DNA of 64,000 nt from contig OZ316897.1 in NCBI GenBank assembly GCA_973895155.1, positions 8,889,832 through 8,953,831 on the forward strand. Direction: 5' to 3'. The translations under genes were made by a program, and so were the position numbers. Source of the DNA: Marsupella aquatica (taxonomy: Eukaryota > Plantae > Marchantiophyta). Below are positions 25,114 to 37,400 of this stretch, in pieces. The notes below the pieces were generated by a model. It was not told the origin of the DNA and ran no database searches. It worked only from the letters and a program-made list of their open reading frames with translations. How positions within the stretch are numbered: the first letter of the stretch is position 1; each line of letters opens with the position of its first letter.

Positions 25114-26636
25114 TAATATAATTACAAAGGAGATCAAAAGGAACAACTTTCATATTTCAAATGAGAACTTCTACTTTTATTCTGAATTATCTCAAGAACT
25201 CCAAATTTTACTCTGAATTTTATCCACCAGCTTATAGTTTACTATGAATTTTGTCCACCAGCTTATAATAACCGGTTTAACATTGGCCTGTGGGTTCTAC
25301 TTTTGAATTTGCTTGAATGATTAGTGAGGTGGGTAATTCTAGTAGTTGTGGATATCGTCCAATATAATCACTTCCATCTTGGCGTTGGCCTGCGTGTTAA
25401 GTTTGCCCTGTGGGCTTTACTTTTGATTTTGCTGGTTCAGTTAAGGTGACTATTTCTAGCCCTGGTCAATACCATCCATTGCAAATCACTTCCATCCTAG
25501 CGATGAGAATAACATCCAATGCAAGCACTTCAATTCCACAACCATGACAATACCATCCAATGCAAGCACTTCAATTATACACTTGCCCACGCAGTCTACG
25601 GCACAATTTAGTAATTTACTCTGATGTGTAATTGCTTCACACCCTGATTTTTGGTTGGACATACACTTCCAGGTGGCACACAGGTGATCCGACGATAAGC
25701 CCTATACGTGAGCTGACAGTGTGCCAACCAAAACTTGTGGAAAGCCACAGAAATAATTTACAAGTACAATTACAGGTACACAACCAACATTCCAGCTCGA
25801 TGGAAGTACCTACTTTAAGTTCCACCTCAAATGCTCCTGGTTCGTTGTTTCGATTCGTGAAAATTACAGAGGACAGACAAACCGGGAGACAAACTAAGAA
25901 AATTCGATTTCAGAGTGCACACTTAATCCGATTCTCATATCTCTATGTCTATGTACTGTGATAACAATGCCAAATCCCCGATCAATCAACTGTTATACAG
26001 AGCACCCTTTCCAACGTCACAATCCAACCATGGATCCTACTCACACTCTGGCTAATCAATCAGTGATTCCGTTCCCTTCGGTGCTGCTCGCGTCTTGCCT
26101 TTCGTCGTGTCAAAAACTCCATCTCCCACCATTGCGTTCAACGGCCCAAAGCTCTCCTTAGGTGCTTTGCAGCTTGTGCCAAGATCATCTAGCATCATCG
26201 AGTTTTGACCATAATTTCATTTCAAGCGAACAAGTCATCTAATATGAAACAGATCACTCATGCTTAACGTCACAATATATTCTACTTGATATATGCTCCA
26301 ATCAGGAAATGAGTAGTTGAGGTCCGAAGATCAAATTGTGCAAATGATAGATTTCATTTCATTCCAACTTAGAAAGCAATATCCGGTTCAAGCGCATTAG
26401 TAATCTAGTGTAATAAAGCTCACTCATGCTGCAACGAAATAATAAGTTCAATCAGGAAAAGAGTAGTTGAGGTTAATCACGTTGTGCAAATGATATGTGG
26501 ACATCGTTTCTTTCTCGATAGACAATATGTTGATCACATATTCATGTACCGGGGCACGCATAGTCGTCAGTCTGCTCCTCCCATTCAAACTAATGTAGAA
26601 TGCGCCTAATCGACCTGTTTTGTACAATCACCCTGA

Positions 26637-29600
26637 TCATTGATATAACTCTCTTTCCACGGAAAAACATCCATCTTCTACTGTGTACCATATCCGCGAA
26701 CCTCGTCCAATTGTGCTCGATGCACTAGGTGTCATCAACCATGGTGGCAACGAATTGACAAGATTACGACGAAAATCGAGCTTTAGTCTTTGCAGTGATG
26801 GTAAACTCTTGATACCATCTGTAATGCTTGCAACAGAGTAAAGACGAATTTCCAGGTGACGAAGATCCTTCAAGTCTCCCAATGAGTTCGGTGTCATGTC
26901 CTCAGCCACACATATCTTCAAAAACTGAAGTTTCTTGAGTTGCCCAAAAGATTCAGGCAAAGTGTCCAATGCGCAATCCATTTCAAGCTCCTCCAAGGCA
27001 GCGAGTTGTCCAAAGGTGTCTGGCAAGGTGCGTAATTTGCCGCAGAAGTTTAACACAAGCTGGTTCAAGGAGGACAGTCCCCCGATGGACTCAGGCAAGG
27101 TGCCCAAGTTCTCACATAACTCAAATTCAAGATGGTTCAAGGAGGACAGTCCCCCGAATGACTCCGGCAAGCTGTGCAAGGTCGTACACTCCTTGAATTC
27201 AAGATGTTTCAAGGAGGACAGTCCCCCGAAGGACTCAGGCAGAGAGGACAATTTCGGACAATAATAGAAATCAAGATGGTTCAAGGAGGACAGTCCCCCG
27301 AATGACTCAGGCAAGGTGCCCAAGTTCTTACATATCTCAAATTCAAGGTGGTTCAAGGAGGACAGTCCCCCGAATGACTCAGGCAAGCTGTGCAAGGTTG
27401 TACACTCCCTGAATAGAAGATGGTTCAAGGAGGACAGTCCCCCGAAGGACTCAGGCAGAGTGGAGAATTTTGGACAAGAATAGAATTCAAGATGATTCAA
27501 GGAGGACAGTCCCCCGAAGGACTCAGGCAAGGTGTGCAAGTTCTCACAATTCCAGAATACAAGATGGTTCAAGGAGGACAATCTCCCGAATGACTCAGGC
27601 AAGGTGCGCAAGTTCTCACATATCTCGAATTCAAGGTGGTTCAAGGAGGACAGTGCCCCGAAGGACTCAGGCAAAGAGGACAATTTCGGACAATAATAGA
27701 AGTCAAGATGGTTCAAGGAGGACAGTCCGCCGAATGACTCAGGCAACGTGCGCAAGTTCTCACATGTCTTAAATTCAAGGTGGTTCAAGGAGGGCAGTCC
27801 CCCGAATGACTCAGGCAAGGTGCGCAAGTTCTCACAATTCTGGAATCGAAGATGGTTCAAGGAGGACAGTCCCCCAAAGGACTCCGGCAGAGAAGACAAT
27901 TTTGGAGATGATGCTATTGCAAGGTGCTGTAAGGAGGACAGTTGCCCAATAGAACTCGGAAGGTGCTCCAAACCTTTTAACTCCAAGTAGGCAAGATGAC
28001 TTTGGAGGGAAGGGTCAAACAGATTTTGACCAACACATTTGAGTAAAACAAGCTCAGTTGGGAAAGACCCATCTTCCAGAGCTCCATCCAGCCTCACTGA
28101 GAAGTCAACTTCCAAGAAGTGCAGATTCTTCAGTCTAGGAAGAGCGTTGCTTGGAATATTGATAGAAAACTCATCATCATTTGCACTCTTGTCCTCCAAC
28201 CGCAAGGCATACAATTCCTGTAAATAGAAACCACAACTGAGAATCAATAAATCACTTGATACAATTTGATCTCAATCATTGCAAATAAGTAGTTACACCA
28301 GGAAAAATCTGACCTCATCAAGGGTACTCCAGGACCATGTCCAATCCTTCAAATATGCCAGCACAAGCATGGATGTTTTTAGTCTGCTAGTCTGATTGAC
28401 CTGGAGCTTACCTTTCCGTTTAACAGACTGGGAGTTTGTAACATCTCCACACCCTTCACTCCATCCCAGACCCTCCACTTCCTGGAGTAGCTGGGCTCAC
28501 ATGCAATCTTCCTTCCAAGACTTTGTAGCTGTTCATGTACTTTGATTGGTTCATCGTCTTCCACCTCATAAACCAGAGACATGTCCACCAAAGTCCCCCA
28601 AAGTAGCCTTTCAATAGTTGTTTTATAAGCAGCCCTAAATGTTGCCAAGGCTTCACCCAAAGTAAACCAAGACGTGCTGAAAAATGTTGTTGCATCCAAA
28701 AACATCTGCTGCTCCGTTGGTCCCAGATCCTCATAACTAGGCCTTAGCTTAGCCCAAAGCCTCTCATTCATGTCTTTCACATCCATTGCTGCATTCAAGG
28801 CAAGCAAAGTTTGCTTCCAGACATCACGGTTTGATTTTGCTTTCAGGTACTTCCCAAGAACTTCCAGTGTTAGAGGCAAGCCATCACATTTTCTCACAAT
28901 GGTTTTCATGATGCCTCCCAACTCTGGCGCTGGTACCCCTTGACCTGGAAATGCAAAACTTTGGAAAAGTACCATGGCAGCATCGTCATTGAGGTATGGA
29001 ACCTCATAGATGTCCCCCCAATGACGTACAAGATTTTGGTCTCGTGATGTCATAATGAAACGGCTCTCTGAACTTGTAAGTTGACCTAATTCTGATAAAA
29101 TCATGGCATCACGATCAGTAGAGATATCATCTAAACCAAGGAGTAACTTCTTCTCTCTCAACTTAGACCAGTTCTGTTCACTTGAAAGTTTTCTCCCATG
29201 ATGACACATGTGATTCCACACTTGTTGTTTCACAGTCTGCTCATCCCCTTTGATTAGCTTCACATTAAGCACAAAACAAGTATACTCAAATTGTTGGCCC
29301 ATGCTGTTGAAAATTGCCTTGGCAAGGGTGGTTTTGCCCACACCTCCCATCCCCACTAGGCCTAATTTTGGACTGTTCACCAGCTTCTCGATTATTTCTT
29401 CCTTCGGACCATCAATACCAATAACTGAGTCGGGAACAAATTGGAAATAGTCAGGAAGTACTGACATGCCTTGTGTCTGCATTTTATGAACAGTAGCCAA
29501 CTGTCAATACCAATTGTATTTTTCGCTTCAAGAGACAATCATGAAACAGCCTACTTTCCAACTGAAATGTAGATGGCTGCTTTGGCACAAGGGATGAAAA

Positions 29601-30933
29601 CATCTTACCTTCACGTCACCAACTATTCTGGAGAGAAACGTCTCTAGCTTATAGAAGTTTCTTTTGGTCTTTGTCATTGGCTTACATATTGTGAAGTGGT
29701 CTCCATCGACAATATTGAAATTATCGCGTCTTGAAGATGCCTCAGGCACTATGAAAACTTCACTTAAGTGTCCCTGCCCAAACCCAACCAACAAATGCAA
29801 TTGATCAGACCACAATTATGTCAGCCTCCATAGGGTGGCAAAATACTTGAATTCATATTTGAAGTAACATAAGACTCTCACTGTCACAAATTACTGCTAC
29901 TACAAATGACTCCATACTAATGTTCATTAAACCTCAAGAAAAAATGATTGTGAGATTTCCAATTGCAGAGGGACAGGATCTACCATTTAAACAAAGATTG
30001 CTTGCACACCACACGGAAGATAGTGAGTAGATCTGTACCAATCTTGTTGGAATGCTCTCTCCAACTCCCTCAATCTGCAACTTGGGATACATTCCGCATA
30101 CCCTGTCGAACTTGTGATTCAGCCTTGCTGCTTCTTTACTCAGAATTTTGAAGTAATTCCGTAGGGGACCGCCACAAAGATCTACTGCTTCATCTGCAAT
30201 TGAGCTGCCGTGATGTGGAGTGCCATAAAAAAATATTCCATTTAGGTTGTTAAGAAAGGTCTGGAGCTTCTCCTTGTTTGGGCCTTCTGTCATACCCAGC
30301 AATTCATGGGCTTGGCAGAATACTTGCTTAATGACAATGCCCCCAACAGAATGACCAACTAAGATCACCGGACAACCCGGCACTTGCCCAATGTCTGCTT
30401 GGAGTAGATCCGAGATGAAGTTTTCTGCAATGTTATAGATATCGAAAACACTGTTACGGAAACTATTGCCTACACGCCCATCATATGAAACATACAACAC
30501 GTGACTGCCTGGGAATTCCTCAACCAACCACTCTTGAGGCCACATGCATTTCCCATCCCTGCTTTCCCACGTCGACAAATGTACATTTGTGAAGTTTTGG
30601 AATTGCAGCCCATGGAAGAACAGAAGCTGCATGCTGGCGTTGCCCGATGGTCTGTCAAGCTCATAAAAGGATTCATTTACCTGAGACAAAAGGGTCCAAA
30701 TAATCAAAACTCCCACACAATATTGTGATTCAATGTCTCATTTGAATTGAATTCACAGAATCCCACAGACGCCAAGACCAGACTAGATCAGTATCTGGAC
30801 TGTGGATTACCTCTCGAGCACCTGCTGTGATTCGCGAAGATGTAGAAGCTATAGATTCGGGGGCTTCCTCTTGATACCAGTCAGAGCATATGCTCGACAA
30901 GAAACCAGCGCAGCATGAAGAAAGGTTGAGCAT
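26637..30933 (-). CDS. Alpha/beta-hydrolase-NB-ARC-LRR immune receptor (HNL), ~1199 aa; exons 30933-30811, 30680-30039, 29773-29609, 29500-28412, 28217-26637
   Basis: Hydrolase motifs FFHGL, WP.EWL, GHSVGG, FYGTPHHGS, DHFTICKP. NB-ARC motifs GMGGVGKTT, LLGLDDI, FIMTSRD, CDGLPLTL, VHE (MHD position). ~14 24-aa LRRs. All four GT-AG introns are phase 0 and the joined frame has no stops. Exon 1 is the least certain. Confidence 0.92.
27040..27960 (-). repeat. 72-bp coding tandem repeat (24-aa LRR, LPESFGGLSSLNHL.F..C..L.T)
   Basis: Near-identical TGGTTCAAGGAGGACAGTCCCCCGAA(T/G)GACTCAGGCA every 72 bp. Confidence 0.95.
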
Positions 30934-32231
30934 GGTTGTCTTTTCAGGTTCAGAAGGCTGTATGGTCGACCTTAGATGGTGGCCCCGAAGGTGGGACAAT
31001 GTTCAATCCTTCAAGTGCCCATCCGTGAGTATTTTCAGCTGTCCCTGGGCGCAAAAGAAAAGAAAGTAATCTTATATAGTGACATACTGGTTGGTGAATG
31101 GAAGTGAGCAAGTCAACGTATTCCAACAACGACACACCATGACACAACAATTCAAGGATTTCGCCATAGAACTTACCACTAGGCGAAAAAGGGTGAGTGA
31201 TACAAAGTCCACGAAAGCGGTTCTGCAGATATCAGTTTCCGAGTTCAGGAACCAACGCGGCCGAAGCTCAAAGTTTGTTGACGAAGAGCCACGTTTGGAA
31301 CGGGGAATCTGACCTGGGTGAAGGGATTCACAAATCTTGGCCGTCACTGATGGATCTGTTGATATCAGAGAAGTCAAAGGCCTGTTTGTCGCAGAAGATG
31401 ATGAATGAGGTCGTCCACATGTGGAAGAAACGAAAGAAAGTGATCGACCTTTGATATGTCGGACGCAATGCCAAGGAGTCAACAATAATCGTGAAGTAAC
31501 GGCGGGTGAATTAAGTTGAAGTGAGCCAGTGGATTTTTTTTGGTATGACACCAGCCAGAAGATGGAGAAGACGAGTAAACTCACAAGGCTACCATGGCGG
31601 AAAATTGGGTTCCTGCTGCAGAAATCTACAGAAGCCCATATGCAGATGATTCCGTCAAGAGGCTAGGAATCGAAAGGCGGCGATATTCACGGTTATTGGG
31701 TAACGAGGCTTACTCGTTGGAACAGAGGCTTGCTCGTTGGACCAGAGCAGTGTTCCTGGATGACGAGGCGAAGGACGATTGCACACATATGCTCACAGAA
31801 GAGACTGATCGCTACAAAATAACTACAGTAACACATGTAACACATGCAAGTACTCTATGACATAATACATCTACCTTGTAGTATAACTTACATACCTACC
31901 TTGTACTATAACTTACAGCCAATTTTAGTTTCCCATCTCACTTAATCCAAGAGCCTTAAATAATTCTAGAAAATATCTGATGGCTTAGCATTGTTCACTC
32001 CTTTTCATTTTTGTAACAGGACGAAAGACGAAAACTGGCAGGATTGGTTATTATAGTAGTAGATCAACAATATTCATCAAATACCATGAATTTGACATTT
32101 ACCACTATTGACAATATCGATGCATATTAATGTCGAAATCCATACTACTTGTGATATGGCTGCCCATAGCCCGGGGCCATTGCCCTACACTAGAACAAAT
32201 ATAAGTACAATTAAAAGAGCCTCACTAGCTG

Positions 32232-32350
32232 TGTAGCAGACTCTACCTGAGTGGTAGTCAAGCAGACTTGGGCCCAACAGGGCCCAACAGAGCAGGGGTT
32301 TGTTGGGCCCAACAGAGCAGGGGTTCGAATCCCTCCTGGCACAGTTCTCT
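32232..32350 (+). mobile_element. tRNA-derived SINE-like head
   Basis: Box A-like CTGAGTGGT and box B GGTTCGAATCCC, separated by an internal GGGCCCAACAG triplication; cannot fold as a normal tRNA. Confidence 0.45.
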
Positions 32351-32754
32351 TTTGTAACAAACCCCACCCAAAAGTGGGGTTCATTCATCAACTTTGACAC
32401 TTAGAAAAATTTACGTCGTCCACATTCTTTCACGGGCAGCCAACGGGGATGGTCGCGGACAGGGAGCGTTTGAGGCTCATTAATGAGCCTCGATATTGTT
32501 ATTCGCGCTGAATAAATTGACGAGTACAATGTATTGTTGTAGACCTAGAACGACATGAGGCTGAAGAGGAAAAACTGAGCAGTACTCCTAACCTGCGGAT
32601 GAAGAGGCGCAATACGGATTCCCAGATCTTGTCATAGTGAAAGACTCTTGCTTCCTTAGATTTCAAACCAGCAGATGCTTGGACCCATATCCAAGGTCAA
32701 GCACCAGACTTTTGCAACTCCATAAAGGGCATCCTAAAAGCACACACCATATAA

Positions 32755-33360
32755 CAGGTTTTGACGGAGCTTCGCTTACCCATTGGAGGTGGTCTGCTGG
32801 CTATTCTTGATGCATCGACAGGACCGGAGCCTATTCACACTGCTAGGATCTTTTGTGTATATCAGACTCTCTGGATGATTTGGCTGGGAAGAAATGAACA
32901 TATGTTCTTTGATAAGGTGGGAAGTTCATTTGACATGGGCCTGATGCTTGCTGAGACTGCCAACCACATCCATGCGGTTGGGGCTGGTTTACGCTTTGGG
33001 CGGCGTCGCTCTCGGTTGAACCGGGCTCAGGAATAGTTGCGGGGAACGAGGCAAATCTGGCTGAGACGGGGTGGGGACAGGATTCTCTTGGTGCCCTCTA
33101 GCGGCGGCGTTGCTGATTGAGGGGTCTGCTTTTTGGGGGGCTGCTGTGGGAAGGGCATGGGTGCTCTCTTGATCGGTGTTATTTCCCTTCTTTGAGGGGG
33201 GGCTCTCCCTCGGGCTTTGATGCTCTCTTTTGTGCTTTTGGGCTCTCTTTGTGGCTTGCTAGTGTGCTGTTGCTGTCCCTGTATTTTGGGCTGTTGTTCC
33301 CCCTATCCGTGGGGTCTTTCACGGTTTTAAAATTTATAAAAAATACCATTCCAAGGAAAA
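32755..33360 (+). mobile_element. 5'-truncated L1-type LINE (ORF2 C-terminus + GT-rich 3' UTR)
   Basis: LWMIWLGRNEHMF matches the L1 ORF2 C-terminal W.IW..RN...F motif; ends TTTATAAAAAATACCATTCCAAGGAAAA. Confidence 0.7.
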
Positions 33361-33504
33361 GCACACACCATAGTACTCATCTCAGGAAATGAAACTTGGA
33401 TGATGAATCAATATAGAACAACAAATTTACTATAGGGAACTTCAACTTTAAACACAATCTGGAATGAGCTGGATGTATATGTCAAGTAAGATTGCAACTT
33501 ACAA

Positions 33505-33870
33505 CAACACCTTTTGCATGCCCTGAAGCGTGGAAATACCACTTCATTCATGCACCAAATCTTTTGTAGTATCTGGATACATAATAAAAAGTCTGCAAGC
33601 CTTGGATTGTGAAGCAGCCCCATCTGACCAGACCCAATGTTGCTTAAACTGAATTCCTTCCTCCCTCATCCACTAGTTATGAGAATCCATGCAATTTTGG
33701 ACAAAGAGAGTGTCGTGACAATTGTCATCACTGATAAAAAAATGATAATCTGCCATAATGTCTCGACCACCCTCCTCATCCAATGCCATCTGAACCGTAC
33801 TTCCAACAACAGCCTCTAGAGATTCCACACAATCTTTTCTATGTCTATAGGTGACATGAATCAACAAAGT
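33505..33870 (-). pseudogene. Sola2-like transposase fragment
   Basis: YHFFISDDNCHDTLFV...HWVWSDGAASQSK, then after a frameshift FYYVSRY...MKWYFHASGHAKG. Confidence 0.7.
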
Positions 33871-34499
33871 GACATGTCTATTATCCCAGTGTTGACTCTA
33901 TATCTCAGTTTGGATTTTGAACGTGTAATTTTCAAAAAATGCCTCAATCCAACGGCAAGCCCAGCGCTGTCGTCGGAACTCATTCCGCTGTCTCAAGCGT
34001 CATTCCTCCCTTTCCCCCGGCGTCTCACCCGCAACAACCCACCAATTGTGGTATTCTTTGTAAGTGTTAGGGCCCCATTCGTCCTCAAGCTCAATTTCAT
34101 CGCCCCCGGTGTCAGGATTGGGTTAGTATACCATGAGGTACGCCCGAGTTGGCATTGGTGGCCCTCTGCATCTAATTATGGGGTCTTCCCCTTCAAGAAC
34201 TCAACGCTTATTAACAAATTGTACATTTGCGCAGCTGCTGGCCCCGCCCGGCTAAACAGCTTCCACATAATTATCCCTTTACACTTCATCTCGCCATTAA
34301 GATCTGCGTCAACTTCGCCTGCTTGTCCGGATCGATCCACTACCTCAATTAAAGAACGCGCAAAATAGTACCATCGGAAGTAGCGGGGATCCGCAAAGGA
34401 ACGCCCAAATGGATATTGATTTGTGAGGGCATCCATCCACCGCCTGAGTTGAGCCAAAAGACTTAATGCTAGGTCGTTCTCGTGCTTGGGCAGTCGCAT

Positions 34500-37400
34500 T
34501 GTGATGCCTAGCCAGGAATCACTAGCCCGGTTTACATGGTAAAGCAGGAGTGTACCCTGGAAACACCTTAGTTAGGAACAAAAAACAAGGAAAATATAAA
34601 CAATTAAGGGTGACTATGGAACCCGGGTCGAGGCCGAAAGTAAGGACGCGGGGGGAGAGAACACGATTAGGGTTAGGGCGCGCTAAGCGTCGGCGGCTAG
34701 GGGTGACCAACGGGAGGGAAGACCTTAGGAGGAGAGGGGTAAGGACCGCTCGCGAGGAATAGTGGCTCATTTGCAAGAACAAAAGGGGCAGACGACTACG
34801 GGAGGCCAATTGCTGTCAGCTGCTTAGGCAAGCACTCGGGGTGGGAACAGATACCAACGATCAACTCAAGGAGGGTATGAGCAACGTCAATCAAGCGGCA
34901 CATTTTTGGGGATGCCTGTTCGAACGGGCAGGTGAGTACATCAGGACTTACGAGGACAAAAAATCGGAGAGAGCAGCTCGAGAATGGCAGGAACTCGCTC
35001 GGCTTTAGGAACTACAGAAGACGGCTTTCTTAGGAGGAGAACTTATCAAGGCCAAGTTCTTGTGGACTCCTACTGCCAATCAGCTCGACGATCTTCTGTT
35101 TTGCAAAAACAGAATTATCGACATCCGGGAAGCCATCAATCGCTGCAGCGACCTACACTGGGAGTTGAAGGGTAACACGGAGGGGTGGACAAAGGCAACC
35201 TTGCTAGGAGAAACATCCACGGCAGCCGAGATGAAGAGGAAAGGAAACAACAACAAAGAGGCCACCCTGGCAAAAAGAACAAGGTCGGCGGCACCTAGGA
35301 AGCCAGCAGCGCAGCAGAGCAGAACGAGGGGAGAAGCCAAGGAGGAAGAGGTCGATCCCATCAATGCCATTCCAACAAACAATGACACCTGGAAAGGCTG
35401 GGCGGCGACCCTACCGGAGGAAGTGCAATTACACTTTGCACGGGAGGAGGATGCATGCTTTACGGCCATGCAAACCAAGAAGTACCAAGGCTTCATGGCC
35501 GGATCCAGCTTGGAAACCTTCGTTAGATTACCATGGCTAAAGCCGGAGGTGCCGGACTCAGACTTATTAGAATTTGTGGGATCATGGGAACCCGAGACCA
35601 ATTCCACGAGGGTGTATGGGAAGGATTTCTATCTCACTCCCCGGGTGATTGCTGAGGTGTTTGGCTTGCCGATGGGTAATAAGACCAAGGTAGATACCAG
35701 GAAGACCTTACCTGACAAGGAGTTCCGGTCGTTCCCAGGACCATCAACGAAGAATGGCTTCTTTCAGAACACCTGCACCAACCCGCACATTGGAGAGATG
35801 ATCGATTTCTTGCGGGTGACCATGCACTGTAACTTGCCGAGGGCAGAGATCGGCAAGGCTCAAGTCTACCTAGCAGAAAGGCCAGACCCAAGCCGGGATT
35901 ACAACGGGTACGTACCTCCTCAACCAACTGAAGAAGATCTTGAAGGAGGAACAGCAAGTGATCGGCGTGGGAAGCGTGTCCCGGCTTGGCTATCACATGC
36001 CGCTGTTGTGCCGGTATGCCAGAAGTCAAATCTTTGCCCCAGTACTTCCCCTATCGGTAAGGGCACCGGAGGAGGAGCCAAAGCAGAGGTCGGCACCAGA
36101 GAAGCCCAACCAGCCCGACAGTCCGATGATCGAGCAGGTGTTTCGGACAAGGAGAGAAGACGTGCCGATGCAGCAACCAGGCATGCAAAGTCTACTGAAC
36201 TTGCTGGAGAAGGAAAAGAGAACGGTTCCGGCAACGGCAATGGCAATGGCAACGATACAGGACAATGCCCCAGAGGTCAGCCTAAGCCGACTCAGAGGGG
36301 AAGACCCCTTTATCGGAGCCAAGGAGAGAAGGAGGCCAGAACACAAGCCGGGAGTGCGAATGTATGTGGGAGCCTCAAGCCCCAAATCAGAGGCAGAGCA
36401 ACCTAAGGCTCCTTCCCGCGGAGAGCAGAGGGATACAACAGCCTGGAAACCAGAGGAACCAAAATCCGTTTTCACAACTGGACCAAGGGAACAAGGGGAG
36501 AAGCCGGGAGTCCAAGTACTGGAGAAGGCGGTGGAGGACTACAGCAATGATAACTCCGGCTATGGGTCGGATCATCATGTTCCAGGAGTAAGGACCTGTG
36601 GCCAATTTATCCCCACGCTTCCAAGAGTAGTTTGAGGGGACCCCACCAGCAGTGTAGCCCCGAGTCTCCCCCACCAGAGATTGCTCCCCCAAGCTTTGAC
36701 GGCATAAAGCAGACGGCACAAGAATTTCAGGAGCGACTTAGGGAGGAAGAGAAAGCAGCCCTGGCAAGGGAGAAGGATTTACCAGGAGGAGATTGGCCGG
36801 AGGACATCAGGCGGCTTGCCAAAAAAAGAAGCAACCCTCTTGCCACCATAGAAGAAATCCGCAAGATGGCTTGGGAGCGGAGGCCGCGGTGGTTGATGTC
36901 GATGACTTCTAGTTACTCCACCTATGCTAAGGATAGAGCCATGGAGTATGGGGAGATGTGTGGGGAGCTGGCGCTCAACATTTTTGGGGAGGAGTTGGAG
37001 CAGGGACCCTTTTTCCAGAGGGAGATGTTGGAAAAGCACCGATTAGAAGAAGCGGTGGCTTTGGAGAGAAGCAAGAAGGACGAGGTCATCCGGCGGCTTA
37101 GGGAGAAGGAAGCCGAGATGGAAATCCTATAGGTAGCCAAGAAATCCCAAGATGAGCTATGGATTAAGCGACATGAGCTAAACATCATGCAAGGGCAGTT
37201 GGATACCGCTCAGTCTGACAATCAGATTATCAAAGATAAACTGACTCGGACCCTAGGAGAGTTGGCCGACGCAGTCAAGGAAAGAGAAAAATGGAAGCGG
37301 GAGCTAAGGGATGCAGAGGAGGCCCACTTAGCAACCAACAATCGGGCCATGGCAAAAAACCAGAGAAGGGAGAGGGCATTGAAAGGAGAGCTCGAGGATA

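Noticed and set aside
26935-27990. Plus-strand repetitive ORFs (WFKEDSPP..., GSRRTVPR...)
   Set aside because: Antisense shadows of the LRR repeat.
32232-32350. Functional tRNA gene
   Set aside because: An internal triplication destroys the anticodon arm; kept only as SINE-like.
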